Shown: piece by piece, positions 1 to 8,135 of the stretch
Numbering within the stretch: position 1 is the stretch's first letter
How the letters are laid out: each line of letters starts with the position of its first letter
DNA from: a virus
Virus record (IMG/VR): IMGVR_UViG_3300034175_000081
DNA length: 51,677 nucleotides
Reading direction: 5' to 3' (one strand)
The notes under the pieces: model-generated
Told to the model about the DNA's origin: nothing
The model's database searches: none
Seen by the model: only the letters and a program-made list of their open reading frames with translations
Position numbers and translations under genes: made by a program

Positions 1-127
1 TCATGCGTTGCTGGTGATTGTGCGACGCGTCGTCGAGCGTGCCGGCCAGCGATTGAAGGAAAGGCGATTCCGCGCCCATTGCGTCGGCCAGGCGGCGAAG
101 GCTGATCGCGATCGACGCGAGGGCGAC
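1..127. repeat. Terminal direct repeat, copy 1 (circular-contig overlap)
   Basis: Bases 1..127 (tcatgcgttgctggtgattg...cgcgagggcgac) are identical base-for-base to 51551..51677. Confidence 0.95.
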
Positions 128-208
128 AAGCTGGTCGCTCGCGCCGTCGCCCGCCCCGGCCATATCCTTCGCGTCGGGTTCGATCATGTCCAGGACGGCG
201 TCGGGCAT
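1..208 (-). CDS. Hypothetical protein, junction-spanning ORF (5' part; 72 aa once the circle is closed)
   Basis: The ATG at 208..206 overlaps the TGA of the upstream gene (ATGA). Translation reads MPDAVLDMIEPDAKDMAGAGDGASDQLVALASIAISL... The frame runs off position 1 and terminates at TGA 51542..51540, which overlaps the ATG of the exonuclease gene. Confidence 0.6.
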   Translation of the reverse strand, partial: MPDAVLDMIEPDAKDMAGAGDGASDQLVALASIAISLRRLADAMGAESPFLQSLAGTLDDASHNHQQRM

Positions 209-459
209 CATGCGAGCTTGTCCAGCTCGGCCGCCAGCTCGACCGACTTCCGCGCGAGCACGTCGACCATCTGCTGTCGGGTGGCCGTCGCCGAGGCCGG
301 GAAGCCGCACAACAGCACAGCGACGATTGAAGCGACCAGCGTGAAAGCTGTCGGCGCGTTGTCGGTTTCGTCCAGGATCATTTCGGCGATTTGGGTCCCG
401 CGGGTCACCAGCGCGCCCATTTCCGCTTCCCGCGGTGGCGTCATGTCGTGCGACGGCAT
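208..459 (-). CDS. Hypothetical protein (83 aa)
   Basis: ORF-track entry. Start overlaps the stop of the 466-aa gene (TGATG) and stop overlaps the next start (ATGA). GC-rich third codon positions. Confidence 0.65.
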   Translation of the reverse strand: MPSHDMTPPREAEMGALVTRGTQIAEMILDETDNAPTAFTLVASIVAVLLCGFPASATATRQQMVDVLARKSVELAAELDKLA

Positions 460-1859
460 CAGAAAGCGACCGTGACGTGGCGAACCGCGTCGCTGGCCAG
501 GACCAGCGCGACACCGGCGGCGACATCGGCGGGAACGCCACCCGTCACCAGGTCGTCGGCAATCTCGGCCAACACCTTGCGACGGTGCGCCTTGTCGGCC
601 TGGCGCTTGCGATCGGCCGCGGCCTGTTCGTCGGCCTCGCGCTGTTCCTTGGCCTTGCGGTCCAGCTCGACTTGTGCGCGCTCGGCGGCGGCGTCGCGCT
701 CGGCCTTCGCTTCGGCCTCCAGCTTGTCGGCTCGCGCCTTCTCTTGCGCCAGGGCGGCGGCCGCGTCGGCGTCCCGCTTGGCCTGTTCAGCGGCGGCGGC
801 TTCCTCGGCCTCGCGCTTCGCCTTTGCGGCGGCCTCGGCGGCGGCATCGTCCAGCCGCTTTTGTGCGGCGGCCGCCTCGGCCTCCAGGGCGGCGACCCGG
901 TCGCGCTCGCGCTGTAGCGCTTCCTCGGCCTCGCGCTCCAGGCGAACGCGGCGTGCGGTGACGTGGTCGGCCCATAGTGCCGCCGTGGCCTCGGCCGCGA
1001 TCGTCACCAGGTCGTCGGGCAACTCGGCTTCGGCGACCAGGCGCACGATGATGTCATGGTCGACCTGGTCGGCCGCGGCGTCGAAATTCGCCTGGCAGTC
1101 GACGGCGTCCGGTGCCAGGTCGCGCGCTTCGGCTTCCTGTTCCTGGCGCACCCGGCGGGCCTCGGCCGCGGCGCGCAGCTCGGCCAGCTCGGCCTTGTCG
1201 GCTTCGTCCTGTTTCATGCGCTTAAAGGCGGCGACCATACCGGCGACGGCGACCTGTTTCACGGCCTCGGCGTGGGCGGCTTCCTCGGGAGTCCATTGCG
1301 GTTCTAGGAACCGGGCGGCGTGCACGTAGCGGCCGCGATCGGCCACGGTTTGCGACGTGTCGTCGTCGCGAATGGTCGACGCGTTGCTGATAAGCTCCAG
1401 GGTCACCCGGTTCGCTTCGATACGCGCATCCTCGGCGCCTTCCCACGCTGTCAACGGCGCGCGCACTTCGGCGGCGAGCTGGTCGAAACGATCGACCATC
1501 GGCTTGCGGGCGGCGTTCACGGCCGCCGTCTTCGCGCGCCAGTCCGCCGTCAGGTCGAGCGCGGCGCGGTCCAGGGTCGTTTTGACCTTCGTCACTTCGA
1601 ACGCCTTCGACGCGCACGCCTTGCGGCCGGCGGCCGTGGTCAGGTCGGGCACGAAGTCGGAAACGCGATCGCGCACCCGGTCATAAAATTGGTCGAACCG
1701 TTCGGGGTTCTGGAGCACGACGGCGGCGGCGCGCTTTGCGATCACTTCCGGCGGGGCCGCGGTGGCCACTACCAGGGCGGTGCCCTCGGGTGCGTCTTCG
1801 TCGATAAGCGCCAGCATCGGGGCGACTTCGACTATCTCGGCGGCGGGTTTCTTTGCCAT
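459..1859 (-). CDS. Coiled-coil early protein, DUF1351-like (466 aa)
   Basis: Long ORF with an SD-like ggaatt/ccgaac context. The N-terminal region (DQFYDRVRDRVSDFVPDL...KACASKAFEVTKVKTTLDRAALDL) resembles phage DUF1351. The C-terminal part is an Ala/Glu/Arg/Lys coiled coil. Confidence 0.75.
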   Translation of the reverse strand: MAKKPAAEIVEVAPMLALIDEDAPEGTALVVATAAPPEVIAKRAAAVVLQNPERFDQFYDRVRDRVSDFVPDLTTAAGRKACASKAFEVTKVKTTLDRAALDLTADWRAKTAAVNAARKPMVDRFDQLAAEVRAPLTAWEGAEDARIEANRVTLELISNASTIRDDDTSQTVADRGRYVHAARFLEPQWTPEEAAHAEAVKQVAVAGMVAAFKRMKQDEADKAELAELRAAAEARRVRQEQEAEARDLAPDAVDCQANFDAAADQVDHDIIVRLVAEAELPDDLVTIAAEATAALWADHVTARRVRLEREAEEALQRERDRVAALEAEAAAAQKRLDDAAAEAAAKAKREAEEAAAAEQAKRDADAAAALAQEKARADKLEAEAKAERDAAAERAQVELDRKAKEQREADEQAAADRKRQADKAHRRKVLAEIADDLVTGGVPADVAAGVALVLASDAVRHVTVAF

Positions 1860-1933
1860 GTTCGGAATTCCTTGCGGGGAAGTGGCGGCCGGATCGCACC
1901 CGGCCGTCGGAGTTAATTGGAGTTTATTGGAGT

Positions 1934-2167
1934 TTAATCGGCCGCCGCGCCTTCGCCCTCGCTCTTTGCTTCCGGCTCGGCCACGACTTCGCCGGCCTTT
2001 TCGACGACCGTCCCGCTGGTCAGCAACGGCACCAGCTCGGCCGGCTTCAATGGCGCGGAAACGGTGAACGCGCCTTGCGCCGCGTGCTTCCGTGCGGCGG
2101 CGGCGTTGGTTGCATCCACCAGGCGAACGCCCTCGGCCCCCTTCGTTGTCACCTTGTAAAATGGCAT
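1934..2167 (-). CDS. Hypothetical protein (77 aa), first gene of the leftward early operon
   Basis: ORF-track entry MPFYKVTTKGAEGVRLVD... The start faces the divergent control region 2168..2309. Confidence 0.65.
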   Translation of the reverse strand: MPFYKVTTKGAEGVRLVDATNAAAARKHAAQGAFTVSAPLKPAELVPLLTSGTVVEKAGEVVAEPEAKSEGEGAAAD

Positions 2168-2208
2168 CGGTTTAGATCCTTTCGAGTCCGCGGTTGCGGT
2201 GCACGTCC

Positions 2209-2225
2209 TTTCGCATCGAACGAAT
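2209..2225. promoter_or_regulatory. Degenerate dyad TTTCG-N7-CGAAT (one mismatch to ATTCG-N7-CGAAT)
   Basis: tttcgcatcgaacgaat lies 19 nt left of a perfect copy, inside the divergent early intergenic region. Confidence 0.4.
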
Positions 2226-2243
2226 AGACGCGCAACCGCAATT

Positions 2244-2260
2244 ATTCGGTTGCGGCGAAT
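2244..2260. promoter_or_regulatory. Perfect dyad ATTCG-N7-CGAAT (operator candidate), early control region
   Basis: attcggttgcggcgaat. It overlaps a second palindrome CCGCAA-N8-TTGCGG (2236..2255). The octamer GGTTGCGG also occurs at 2192..2199. Confidence 0.65.
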
Positions 2261-2309
2261 GGCGTCGTTCGCCTACACGCAACGGCGACAGTCAACGAAG
2301 GGAACCCCA

Positions 2310-2627
2310 ATGGCGAAAGCCCCGACGAAGCCGCGCAGCAACCGCGGGTTTCGCGAAAACCCGAAACGCCCGATTGATCGCGGTGCGCCCGCGTCCGTCA
2401 TCGTGACGAAGTTCGGCGGGACCAACGTTCTAGCGCGCGCCCTTAATCGGCAGTCGTCGACCGTTCACGGCTGGATTGTGAACGGGTTCATTCCGCCGAA
2501 GTATAACGACGACGTGATGAAGGCCGCGGGCGAACATGGCGTGAAGCTGAAACCGACCGACTTCGTTGACATGCGGTCACCCGAGGAACGTCAGGCCACC
2601 ACCACCGAACAGCCCGCCGCCGAGTGA
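2310..2627 (+). CDS. Cro/YdaS-like HTH DNA-binding protein
   Basis: ATG 2310 is preceded by aaggga (2295..2300). The segment VTKFGGTNVLARALNRQSSTVHGWIVNGFIPPKY matches the Cro/YdaS-type HTH pattern (GG..xLAxxLxxxxsxVxxW...g.iP). An upstream in-frame ATG at 2259 has no SD. Confidence 0.75.
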   Translation: MAKAPTKPRSNRGFRENPKRPIDRGAPASVIVTKFGGTNVLARALNRQSSTVHGWIVNGFIPPKYNDDVMKAAGEHGVKLKPTDFVDMRSPEERQATTTEQPAAE

Positions 2628-3268
2628 CCAAGCGGCTAGAGGGCAAGGCCGGGCAATACCCGCGCGACCCGCATAACTGGTACAGGGAACCGCGATCGGC
2701 CGTCGAACAGCTCGCCGACGTGGTCGGGGCCGACGGCGACCACCTGTTCGCGGGCGACCTGATATTCGACCCGTGTTGCGGCAAGGGCAACGTTCTGGAC
2801 GTGTTCAAGTCGCGAGGCCACGCCACCGTCGGTTCGGACATCGTCGACCGGCACCCCCGGCACCGGTTCTTTCGGTCAAACGTGCTCCACCTGGACACCT
2901 GGCCGCGCATGGCCGACCGGGCGATGTCGATCGTGACGAACCCGCCATACGGGAAACAGGATGGCTATCAGTCGATCGGCGGCGACATCATCCACCGCGT
3001 TTTAAACCTGGCCACATTCCGGCGTGCCGCCTTCCTGTTGCCGATCGAATTTCTATGCGGGCAAGAACGCTATCGCATGTTCCAGAAGTGGAAGCCGTCG
3101 CACGTCGCCTATTGCAGCGAACGGCCGAGCATGCCGCCCGGCGCAATGGTCGAAGACATGGGCGACGCCGCGTATGCGAACGGCATGGCCGATTATGTAT
3201 GGATCATCTGGACCGCGCCCCACCGGTGGCGCACCGAAAGCATATGGCTACGGCCCTCGGGTCAGTAG
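2624..3268 (+). CDS. N6-adenine (or N4-cytosine) DNA methyltransferase, orphan
   Basis: GTG start in a GTGA overlap with the Cro-like gene. AdoMet motif I is FDPCCGKGN (2765..2788) and catalytic motif IV is TNPPYG (2935..2952). No adjacent restriction gene. Confidence 0.85.
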   Translation: MTKRLEGKAGQYPRDPHNWYREPRSAVEQLADVVGADGDHLFAGDLIFDPCCGKGNVLDVFKSRGHATVGSDIVDRHPRHRFFRSNVLHLDTWPRMADRAMSIVTNPPYGKQDGYQSIGGDIIHRVLNLATFRRAAFLLPIEFLCGQERYRMFQKWKPSHVAYCSERPSMPPGAMVEDMGDAAYANGMADYVWIIWTAPHRWRTESIWLRPSGQ

Positions 3269-3319
3269 CAATACGCCACCCCGCCGGGCGTCATCGGCGG
3301 CACAACGAAGGAAGCATGA

Positions 3320-4129
3320 ATGCCCGATCCTATTGAGAGCTTGGCCGTTGGCCTGGCGGCCGACCACCAGGCCGATAAGCGCAAGCGCGCGAAAAAGGGT
3401 GACACCCTGACCGCCGACGGCACCGGCGAAGCGCTCCCGCCGATCGAAGGCGAAGGCGCGAGCGAGTTGCGCGAGGCCGTCGCAGACCTCGGCCAGGCCG
3501 TTGCGGCCGCCGAACCCGAGGAAGCCGACAACGATTTGGTCGACCGGCCGAACGTGATGGCCGAGCGCATCGAAGCGATTTCGGTCGACGCCGTTTTGGA
3601 CAAGTCGACGCTGGTCGGTGACGTGGTCGAAACCATGCTGGAGCTGTTCAAGACGCGGGATCGGTTGTGGTTTCAGACCCTCGAAAGCGACCAGCGCATC
3701 ATCGTGTCCGCGCTACAGCACGCGGCGAAAGAGCTGGTTTCGAAGGCGGTCGTGATTATCGCAGGGGCGAGCGATAGCGGGTTCCGCGCCAAGCTCGAAA
3801 AGTACGCGGAAGGCGGCGGCCTGAAAATCTCGCTGTCGACCGATGCGACCGAAGCGAACGTCCTGGCGTGCCACCGCGCGCATGATAAGTACGTCCAGGT
3901 CCGATTGATCGACCCGGCCGAGTTCAGCTCGACCAAGCGCGACCCGGCGACCCTGACCACGTCCGACGAACCGGCGCTGGAATTCGAGGGCAGCAAGGCC
4001 ACCGAACCCGCGGCACCCCCGCCGCCAGCCGATCCCGCGGACGCCGACCAGGACCTTGTCGACGCCGCCGACGGCGCCCTGGCGGGTGACAGCGACGCAA
4101 AGGACCCGTTCGCGGGCGAGGGCGAATAA
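3320..4129 (+). CDS. Hypothetical acidic protein (269 aa)
   Basis: ORF track; SD ggaag upstream. The stop shares 1 nt with the RusA start (TAATG). Confidence 0.7.
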   Translation: MPDPIESLAVGLAADHQADKRKRAKKGDTLTADGTGEALPPIEGEGASELREAVADLGQAVAAAEPEEADNDLVDRPNVMAERIEAISVDAVLDKSTLVGDVVETMLELFKTRDRLWFQTLESDQRIIVSALQHAAKELVSKAVVIIAGASDSGFRAKLEKYAEGGGLKISLSTDATEANVLACHRAHDKYVQVRLIDPAEFSSTKRDPATLTTSDEPALEFEGSKATEPAAPPPPADPADADQDLVDAADGALAGDSDAKDPFAGEGE

Positions 4130-4665
4130 TGGTCGAGCCGGTCGCCTTTTCGATCCCCGGCGAGCCTGTTTCGTGGGGGCGTGTTGTGCCGATGGCTCGG
4201 GTTGTCATGGTCAAAGGCCGCCCGACGGCGGTCGTGAAAATGGTCACCCCGAAAAAGACGCGCGACGCCGAAAAGGCGGTCGGCAATATCGCGGCCGGCG
4301 TGATGGGCGGGCGACCGCTCATCACTTGCCCCGTGCGCCTGGTCCTGGTCGCCGTGTTCGCGGTCCCGCCGAGCTGGCCGAAGTCGGCGAAGCTCGCCGC
4401 GTCATCCGGCATGCTCCCGCATACGTCGACCCCCGACACCGACAACATCGCGAAGCTGGTCAAAGACGCGATAAACGGGCGCGTTTACATCGACGATTCG
4501 CAGGTCGCCGAATTGATCGTGCGGAAGCGCTATGGCTATCCCGAACGGGTCGACGTGACGGTGACCCCGATCGCCGTCGGCATGCCCGCCAGCCCCGCGG
4601 AAAAGCGGCGCGTGGCCAAGCTCGGCCCGGCTGAATTGCCGGCACCCCCGCCGCTGTTGCTGTAA
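4129..4665 (+). CDS. rusA: RusA-family Holliday junction resolvase
   Basis: Signature PDTDNIAKLVKDAINGRVYIDDSQV matches the RusA catalytic core (PDxDNxxKxxxDAL..v..DDsqv). Confidence 0.85.
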   Translation: MVEPVAFSIPGEPVSWGRVVPMARVVMVKGRPTAVVKMVTPKKTRDAEKAVGNIAAGVMGGRPLITCPVRLVLVAVFAVPPSWPKSAKLAASSGMLPHTSTPDTDNIAKLVKDAINGRVYIDDSQVAELIVRKRYGYPERVDVTVTPIAVGMPASPAEKRRVAKLGPAELPAPPPLLL

Positions 4666-4714
4666 AGCGCTACCCCTGAACGATTATTATCGCGCCCCCC
4701 ATTCGATAGCGCTT
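4665..4714. promoter_or_regulatory. 8-bp inverted repeat AAGCGCTA / TAGCGCTT with a 34-nt spacer in an AT-richer intergenic gap
   Basis: Arms at 4665..4672 and 4707..4714, immediately after the rusA stop. Followed by TTGCAC (4713..4718)-N16-TAACAA (4735..4740), then ATG 4747 with no SD. Confidence 0.3.
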
Positions 4715-4746
4715 GCACCCCCCAAATAGACCGCTAACAAAAAGCA

Positions 4747-4968
4747 ATGATACTCGTTGAAAGCGGGATACCGATTCCCGAGCACGCCCGCCGCATCCGA
4801 CGCAACCGCTACCCGTGGGAGGCGATGAAAGTCGGCGACAGTTTCGTTGCGCGCGACGTGACGCGGAACAACATCGCCACGGCCGCCCGGCACCAGGAAC
4901 GCGTTCGCGGGTGGGAATTCGTGGTCGAACCCGAGGGTGACGACTTCCGCGTGTTCAGGACGGCATAG
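4747..4968 (+). CDS. Hypothetical protein (73 aa)
   Basis: ORF track MILVESGIPIPEHARRIRRNRYPWEAMKVGDSF... No SD, so possibly leaderless. Confidence 0.6.
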   Translation: MILVESGIPIPEHARRIRRNRYPWEAMKVGDSFVARDVTRNNIATAARHQERVRGWEFVVEPEGDDFRVFRTA

Positions 4969-4969
4969 G

Positions 4970-6184
4970 GTGACCGCACCCCCGCCCCTCACGCCGCCCG
5001 AGTCGGACCTGACCGGATATAATTTCATGCCGCTGGACGTGGTCAGGTTCGCGCAGTCGGACCTTGTCGCATTCGCGCCACCCGAGGCCATTGTTGCCGC
5101 AATCCTGCTATGGGGCGCGAGCTGGCACCAGCGGCCGGCGGGCAGTTTGACGAACGACGACCGATCGCTGGCCAACCTAGCCGGGTACGGCCGGGCCGTG
5201 GGCGAATGGCTAAAGGTGAAGGATGACGCGTTGCGAGGGTTCGTGACATGCAGCGACGGCCGGCTATATCATCCCGTCGTCGCCGAGAAAGTTCGCGAAG
5301 CATGGCTCGGCCGGCTTAAACAACGGTGGCGCACCTATTGTTCGGCTGTTCGTATGCATAACAGCCGCAATGGCGACGACGACCAGCGCAATTCTTTGTC
5401 ATTCGAGGAATGGCTAGAACATGGTCGGCCCGACAAGGTCGCGCATGCCCCGAAAGCCGCCCGCCAGGTCGCGCTTCCCCTCGAATGTGACGCGCAACCC
5501 GATACCATGTTGCGCGCAACGCCCGACGATGTTGCGCGCAGTTTTGGAGGCAAGGGAGAGGGAGAGGGAGAGGGACAGGGAGAGGGAAAGGGAGACTCTA
5601 AAGAACACGACAACCGCGAGGCCCCCGCCGCCAAGGTCGCCGACGACGTGTTCGATTTCGTCGGGGTTGCTGATCGCCTGACACGACTGGCCGGCATCCC
5701 GAACACGCAACCGTCGGCCATCAACCGCAATCTGCAAACCGTTCGCGAGTGGCGGGAAGCGGGGGTCGACATCGACGCGGTCGTGGTGCCCGTCATCGAC
5801 CGGTTCCGCCAGGACAAGCCCGACGAACGCGTGTCGACCCTCCGTTTCTTCGACCAGTCGGTGCGGGCGGCCCTGGCGGCGGCCGAGCGCAAGGCGAAGG
5901 GCAAGCCGCACCGGTCGGCCATGTCGGCCCCACCGGTGAAGCCCCTCGGGATCGTCGACCAGGACGACACGCGGATACGGACGATCCGCGGTCACCTGAA
6001 CGGAAAACCCGAGCACGCACCCGACACGATCGCCCTCGCCCTGGAGGAACACGGCGACGACGCGACGCTGGTCATCACCGCAAGGTCGAGCTTCGCCGCA
6101 ACCCGCGTTGACCGGGACCTGTTCGCGAAGCTCGCCCACCAGTTCGTCGCGATGAATTGCGAAGTCACGGTGCGCCATCCGTGA
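4970..6184 (+). CDS. DUF1376 (YdaU-like) replication-associated protein with an internal (Gly-Glu)n linker
   Basis: GTG 4970 sits 1 nt after the preceding stop; the ATG at 4937 would overlap by 32 nt. The N-terminal YNFMPLDVVRFAQSDLVAFAPPEAIVAAILLWGASWHQRPAGSLTNDDRSLANLAG fits DUF1376. Confidence 0.75.
   Translation: MTAPPPLTPPESDLTGYNFMPLDVVRFAQSDLVAFAPPEAIVAAILLWGASWHQRPAGSLTNDDRSLANLAGYGRAVGEWLKVKDDALRGFVTCSDGRLYHPVVAEKVREAWLGRLKQRWRTYCSAVRMHNSRNGDDDQRNSLSFEEWLEHGRPDKVAHAPKAARQVALPLECDAQPDTMLRATPDDVARSFGGKGEGEGEGQGEGKGDSKEHDNREAPAAKVADDVFDFVGVADRLTRLAGIPNTQPSAINRNLQTVREWREAGVDIDAVVVPVIDRFRQDKPDERVSTLRFFDQSVRAALAAAERKAKGKPHRSAMSAPPVKPLGIVDQDDTRIRTIRGHLNGKPEHAPDTIALALEEHGDDATLVITARSSFAATRVDRDLFAKLAHQFVAMNCEVTVRHP
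5549..5596 (+). repeat. In-frame hexanucleotide repeat (gggaga variants), encoding GKGEGEGEGQGEGKGD
   Basis: ggcaagggagagggagagggagagggacagggagagggaaagggagac read directly. Confidence 0.9.
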
Positions 6185-6561
6185 GCGCACTAGCCGACGC
6201 ACTCGGCCGGCGGGCCGTCGCCCTGCTATCCGCTCGCGCTGGTGGCCTGTATCTCCGCATCCCCGACCTCGGAACGGGACGCCGATCGCTTGAAGCTCAA
6301 ACGACGCTGGTGCGCCTGGTCGGTGCCGAGCTGGCCTCGGACCTCATCACGAATTTTGCCCTGACCCGTGTCTATGTCCCGAAAGGGCCGAGCACGGCGC
6401 ACAACTCCAGGTCGACCCCAATCGACCCCGCACGGGTTCGCAAGATGACCGCGGACGGCATGTCCGCGCAGCAAATCGCGCAAGCCCTCCAGTGCTCGGA
6501 ACGAACCGTTTACGCCAAGCGCGCCAACCCCGGCGCACCCTCGAAAAGGACCCGACCATGA
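6181..6561 (+). CDS. Mor-family transcriptional activator-like protein with C-terminal HTH
   Basis: GTGA overlap with the upstream gene. LVRLVGAELASDLITNFALTRVYVPKG matches the Mor signature (lv..iG.e.a..L...fgG..lYiPk). The C-terminal HTH is MSAQQIAQALQCSERTVYAKR. Confidence 0.7.
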   Translation: MSALADALGRRAVALLSARAGGLYLRIPDLGTGRRSLEAQTTLVRLVGAELASDLITNFALTRVYVPKGPSTAHNSRSTPIDPARVRKMTADGMSAQQIAQALQCSERTVYAKRANPGAPSKRTRP

Positions 6562-8135
6562 ACGACAACTCGACGGCCTCGAACGTTGGCCAAATTGATG
6601 ACGGTGGCCCGCACGGTGACACCGCAGACACGATCGAACCCGAGGCGAGCGCGATTGATCGTTCGTGGTCGGCGTCGATCCTGGACGATTGGCGCAACGG
6701 GATGGCCGACAAGGCGATTGCGACGCTGGCCGTCGGCATCGAATGCCTATGCGATCACGCCGAAATCGTCGGAACCAGGTTCGGGATACCGTTCAGCGTC
6801 GAAACGACTCGGGAAATTCCGGCCACCAGCGACGAAATCGGAACCGCGCGCCCCGATACACCGGGCGAGGGTGCTTCGATGCCTGGCGGGCCGGAAATCG
6901 TGCCGAACGGCGATGGCACGTTCGCGGTAACGGCGCGGGGCCTGTTCATCCCGCGCGCAACGCTGTCGAGCGAGCCGCCGAAGACTGACGACAAGCCCGA
7001 CGCGAATAAATGGGACGGCTGGACCGAAGTCGGCCGGGCATGGCTGGCCAGCGGTGCGCCCCTCGGCGGGGCCGTGGTGGAACAGCCGGTGCGCGAGGCG
7101 ATCGAACGGGCCGTGGCCGAGGGTGCGACGAAGGCCATCACGTCACGGGATTTGCAGATCGCGGCCGGCCTGGACCCCGACGCGCCGTTCGAAGTCGGGG
7201 CGTTCCCGGCGGAAATGCGGCGGCACCCTGACCAGCTCGGCGTCAAGCTGGAACCGGTCGACCCGACACCCGAGGAACAGCGCGCCAACTTCGACCGGAT
7301 CGCGAGCGAGCCGCGGCCGAGCGCTGTCGAAATCAAAGAGGCGTTGGAAAGCCTGGAGTTCATCGACGCGCTACTGGTCGAACAGCAATATGACGAGTCA
7401 GCCGAAAACGTGCGCCAGGTCGCGACCATTCTCGACCGGCTCGGCGTCGAAGTGCTTCGCCAGGACATCACGGCCGACGAAGCCGCGGCGACGATTACGC
7501 GCCTGGAGGCGATGACCAGCCCGCCCGCCGACTTGGCCGAGCTGGTGCAAGAGGCCAGGCTGACCGCCGAACGTCGGGTCGAGCACGACCGGGGCGTCGC
7601 CGCGTTGCTGGAACGCATGATCGGCGCGCTGAACGCCGAGCGTCGCGCGCGGGTGACTGCCGAGGCCGACGCGAACCTGTTCAGTGACCAGCTCGACATA
7701 AAAACCGAAGCGCTGGCCGACATGGCGCGAACGCAACAGGTCGTCGGCCTATGCCGCCAGCTCGACGCCGAACGGGCCGCCCTCCAGGCGATGCGCGACA
7801 AGGTCACCGAATTGGCCAATGAGAACGCCGACCTAACGTTCCAGCTCGACGCCGCGAAAGAGGACGCCGCGCTACGGTTGCGCCAGTGCGACGAAGCCGA
7901 AGAGTCTTACCGCCACGCCCTCCACCAGGCCGAATGCAACGAAGCGCGGCGGCGTCGGACGAAGCGCAAGCTGAAACGGGCGCGCAAGTTGCTCGCCGAG
8001 GCCCCGACCTATGACGACAGCCGGCGCGACGCGGGAATTGTCGCCTGGAACGAAAGCCTTCGCACGGCGAGTCCTATCGGCGAATCGGTCGACGCCATCG
8101 CGGAAGCCCTCGGCATGCGGAAGGCCGGCGAATGA
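6558..8135 (+). CDS. Hypothetical coiled-coil protein (525 aa)
   Basis: ATG 6558 in an ATGA overlap with the Mor-like gene. Long GC3-rich ORF whose C-terminal half is heptad-like (LDAERAALQAMRDKVTELANENADLTFQLDAAKEDAALRL). Confidence 0.75.
   Translation: MNDNSTASNVGQIDDGGPHGDTADTIEPEASAIDRSWSASILDDWRNGMADKAIATLAVGIECLCDHAEIVGTRFGIPFSVETTREIPATSDEIGTARPDTPGEGASMPGGPEIVPNGDGTFAVTARGLFIPRATLSSEPPKTDDKPDANKWDGWTEVGRAWLASGAPLGGAVVEQPVREAIERAVAEGATKAITSRDLQIAAGLDPDAPFEVGAFPAEMRRHPDQLGVKLEPVDPTPEEQRANFDRIASEPRPSAVEIKEALESLEFIDALLVEQQYDESAENVRQVATILDRLGVEVLRQDITADEAAATITRLEAMTSPPADLAELVQEARLTAERRVEHDRGVAALLERMIGALNAERRARVTAEADANLFSDQLDIKTEALADMARTQQVVGLCRQLDAERAALQAMRDKVTELANENADLTFQLDAAKEDAALRLRQCDEAEESYRHALHQAECNEARRRRTKRKLKRARKLLAEAPTYDDSRRDAGIVAWNESLRTASPIGESVDAIAEALGMRKAGE

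Noticed and set aside
1-127. The 127-bp end repeat as a genuine direct terminal repeat (T7/T5-style) or a cos region
   Set aside because: The repeat interrupts a coding sequence that is only complete when the ends are merged. Its length equals a common assembler k-mer. The terminase/portal type suggests headful packaging. This cannot be fully excluded without reads.
5549-5596. The GGGAGA hexamer repeat as a contingency (phase-variable) locus
   Set aside because: The repeat unit is a multiple of three, so slippage would only change linker length and not the reading frame. It most likely just encodes a flexible Gly-Glu linker.
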